From positions 1-36,796 of IMG/VR virus record IMGVR_UViG_2537562172_000001: DNA of 36,796 nucleotides; one strand, given 5' to 3'. Below are positions 35,801 through 36,796 of this stretch, one piece after another. The DNA is from a virus. Its lineage: Duplodnaviria > Heunggongvirae > Uroviricota > Caudoviricetes. Both the position numbers and the translations under genes were made by a program. Below the pieces are notes generated by a model. That model saw only the letters and a list, made by a program, of their open reading frames with translations, was not told the DNA's origin and did no database searches. Position 1 is the first letter of the stretch. Every line of letters begins with the position of its first letter.

Positions 35801-36796
35801 ATGTCGATTAAGAAGCTCGCTAATGGCAAATTTTGTGTGGACGTGCGGCCTGCTGGATCAGAAGGAAAGAGATTCAGGCGGCGATTTGATACTCGTGGTG
35901 AGGCTGTTTTGTATGAGCGTCATGTATTGCAGCATTACCACGACAAAGACTGGGTTGATAAGCCAACAGAACGGCGGTCGCTGAAGGAGCTGCTGGATTG
36001 TTGGTGGTTGTATCACGGTAAAAATCATCCTTACGGTGCGATGGAGCGAGTGCGTATTGCTGCGGTCATTAGTGATCTTGAAAGTATTAATGTTACACGC
36101 AGTGATCAACTTACTCGTAAAAACATAATTAATTATCGGTTATTGTTGCTTAACCGCGGAATAAAACAATCCACGGTTAATCGTTATTGCGCAATGATGA
36201 GTGGTTTTTTCACAAAACTAATTGACGCAGAGGAATATTCTGGGGCTAATCCGTTTCATGATGTAAAAAAACTTAATATCAAACAGCCTGAAATGGCTTA
36301 TTTGTATCATGAAGATATTCCACGATTACTGGAGTTGTTATCTGGTGATGAATTAAAAGCCGTCTTGTTGTGTCTGGCAACAGGTGGAAGATGGAGTGAA
36401 GTTGCAAATATCAAGGGGGAGCATGTTATTAGCGGCAAAGTCATTTTTATGGAAACAAAAAATGGGAAGCGTCGCGTTATACCTATATCGTCAGAACTGG
36501 AGTGCATGATTAAGACTAAGGCTACTGGTCGTTTAATTTATCCGAGTTATGCCGCTGTCAGAACGGCTATCAGAAAGGTGAGGCCCGATCTTCCTGAAGG
36601 GCAGTCGATACATGTTTTACGGCATACCTTTGCCACTCACTTCATGATTAATGGCGGGAATATCATCACTTTGCAGAGAATACTTGGGCATAGCACTATT
36701 CAGCAGACGATGACTTATGCCCATTTTGCACCGGATTATCTGCAGGATGCTGTGCGCTTTAATCCTGTGGCTGAGTTGTCCAGATATTGCCCATAA
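35801..36796 (+). CDS. int: Tyrosine integrase
   Basis: ORF 35765..36796; likely start is the ATG at 35801 after GGAGGG. Catalytic-domain motifs HVLRHTFATH and LGHSTIQQTMTYAH. Directly downstream of C as in P2. Confidence 0.9.
   Translation: MSIKKLANGKFCVDVRPAGSEGKRFRRRFDTRGEAVLYERHVLQHYHDKDWVDKPTERRSLKELLDCWWLYHGKNHPYGAMERVRIAAVISDLESINVTRSDQLTRKNIINYRLLLLNRGIKQSTVNRYCAMMSGFFTKLIDAEEYSGANPFHDVKKLNIKQPEMAYLYHEDIPRLLELLSGDELKAVLLCLATGGRWSEVANIKGEHVISGKVIFMETKNGKRRVIPISSELECMIKTKATGRLIYPSYAAVRTAIRKVRPDLPEGQSIHVLRHTFATHFMINGGNIITLQRILGHSTIQQTMTYAHFAPDYLQDAVRFNPVAELSRYCP

Overview
The window is almost entirely a P2-like (Peduovirus-type) temperate phage genome, in reverse orientation relative to the canonical P2 map. 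Recognisable from left to right: ogr and D (minus strand); a tail sheath-tube-chaperone-tape measure-U block (FI, FII, E/E', T, U) on the plus strand; a Gin/Pin/Cin-type serine invertase next to a ~3.1 kb invertible tail-fibre segment bounded by gix-like inverted repeats (alternative fibre C-terminus plus two tail-fibre assembly genes); H, I, J, W, V, S, R, a lysis cassette (LysC/LysB, M15-peptidase endolysin, holin), X, L, M, N, O (all minus); P and Q (plus); a cargo hotspot between the portal and replication gene A; the early operon ending in cox (minus); and C repressor plus integrase (plus) at the right edge. All assignments rest on reading the supplied ORF translations against remembered phage and plasmid protein families; no database search was run. 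The most unusual content is cargo. Between Q and A sit an orphan 174-aa protein, a Gp49/HigB-like toxin with an XRE antitoxin, a 49-aa basic ORF, and a complete ParM/ParR/parC-like type II partition cassette. The early operon carries an SPFH (band-7) lipoprotein with a small two-helix membrane partner, followed by an internal terminator. The left flank holds a Hok/Gef-family type I toxin with a mok-like overlapping frame, not in the ORF track because it is under 60 aa. Three plasmid-style maintenance modules in one P2-like element raises the possibility of a phage-plasmid lifestyle. The FI-to-U block is inverted relative to D/ogr and the fibre genes compared with P2 synteny. No rRNA, tRNA or CRISPR array was found. 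Coordinates of small hand-derived features (hairpins, sites, sub-60-aa ORFs) are approximate to within a few bases.
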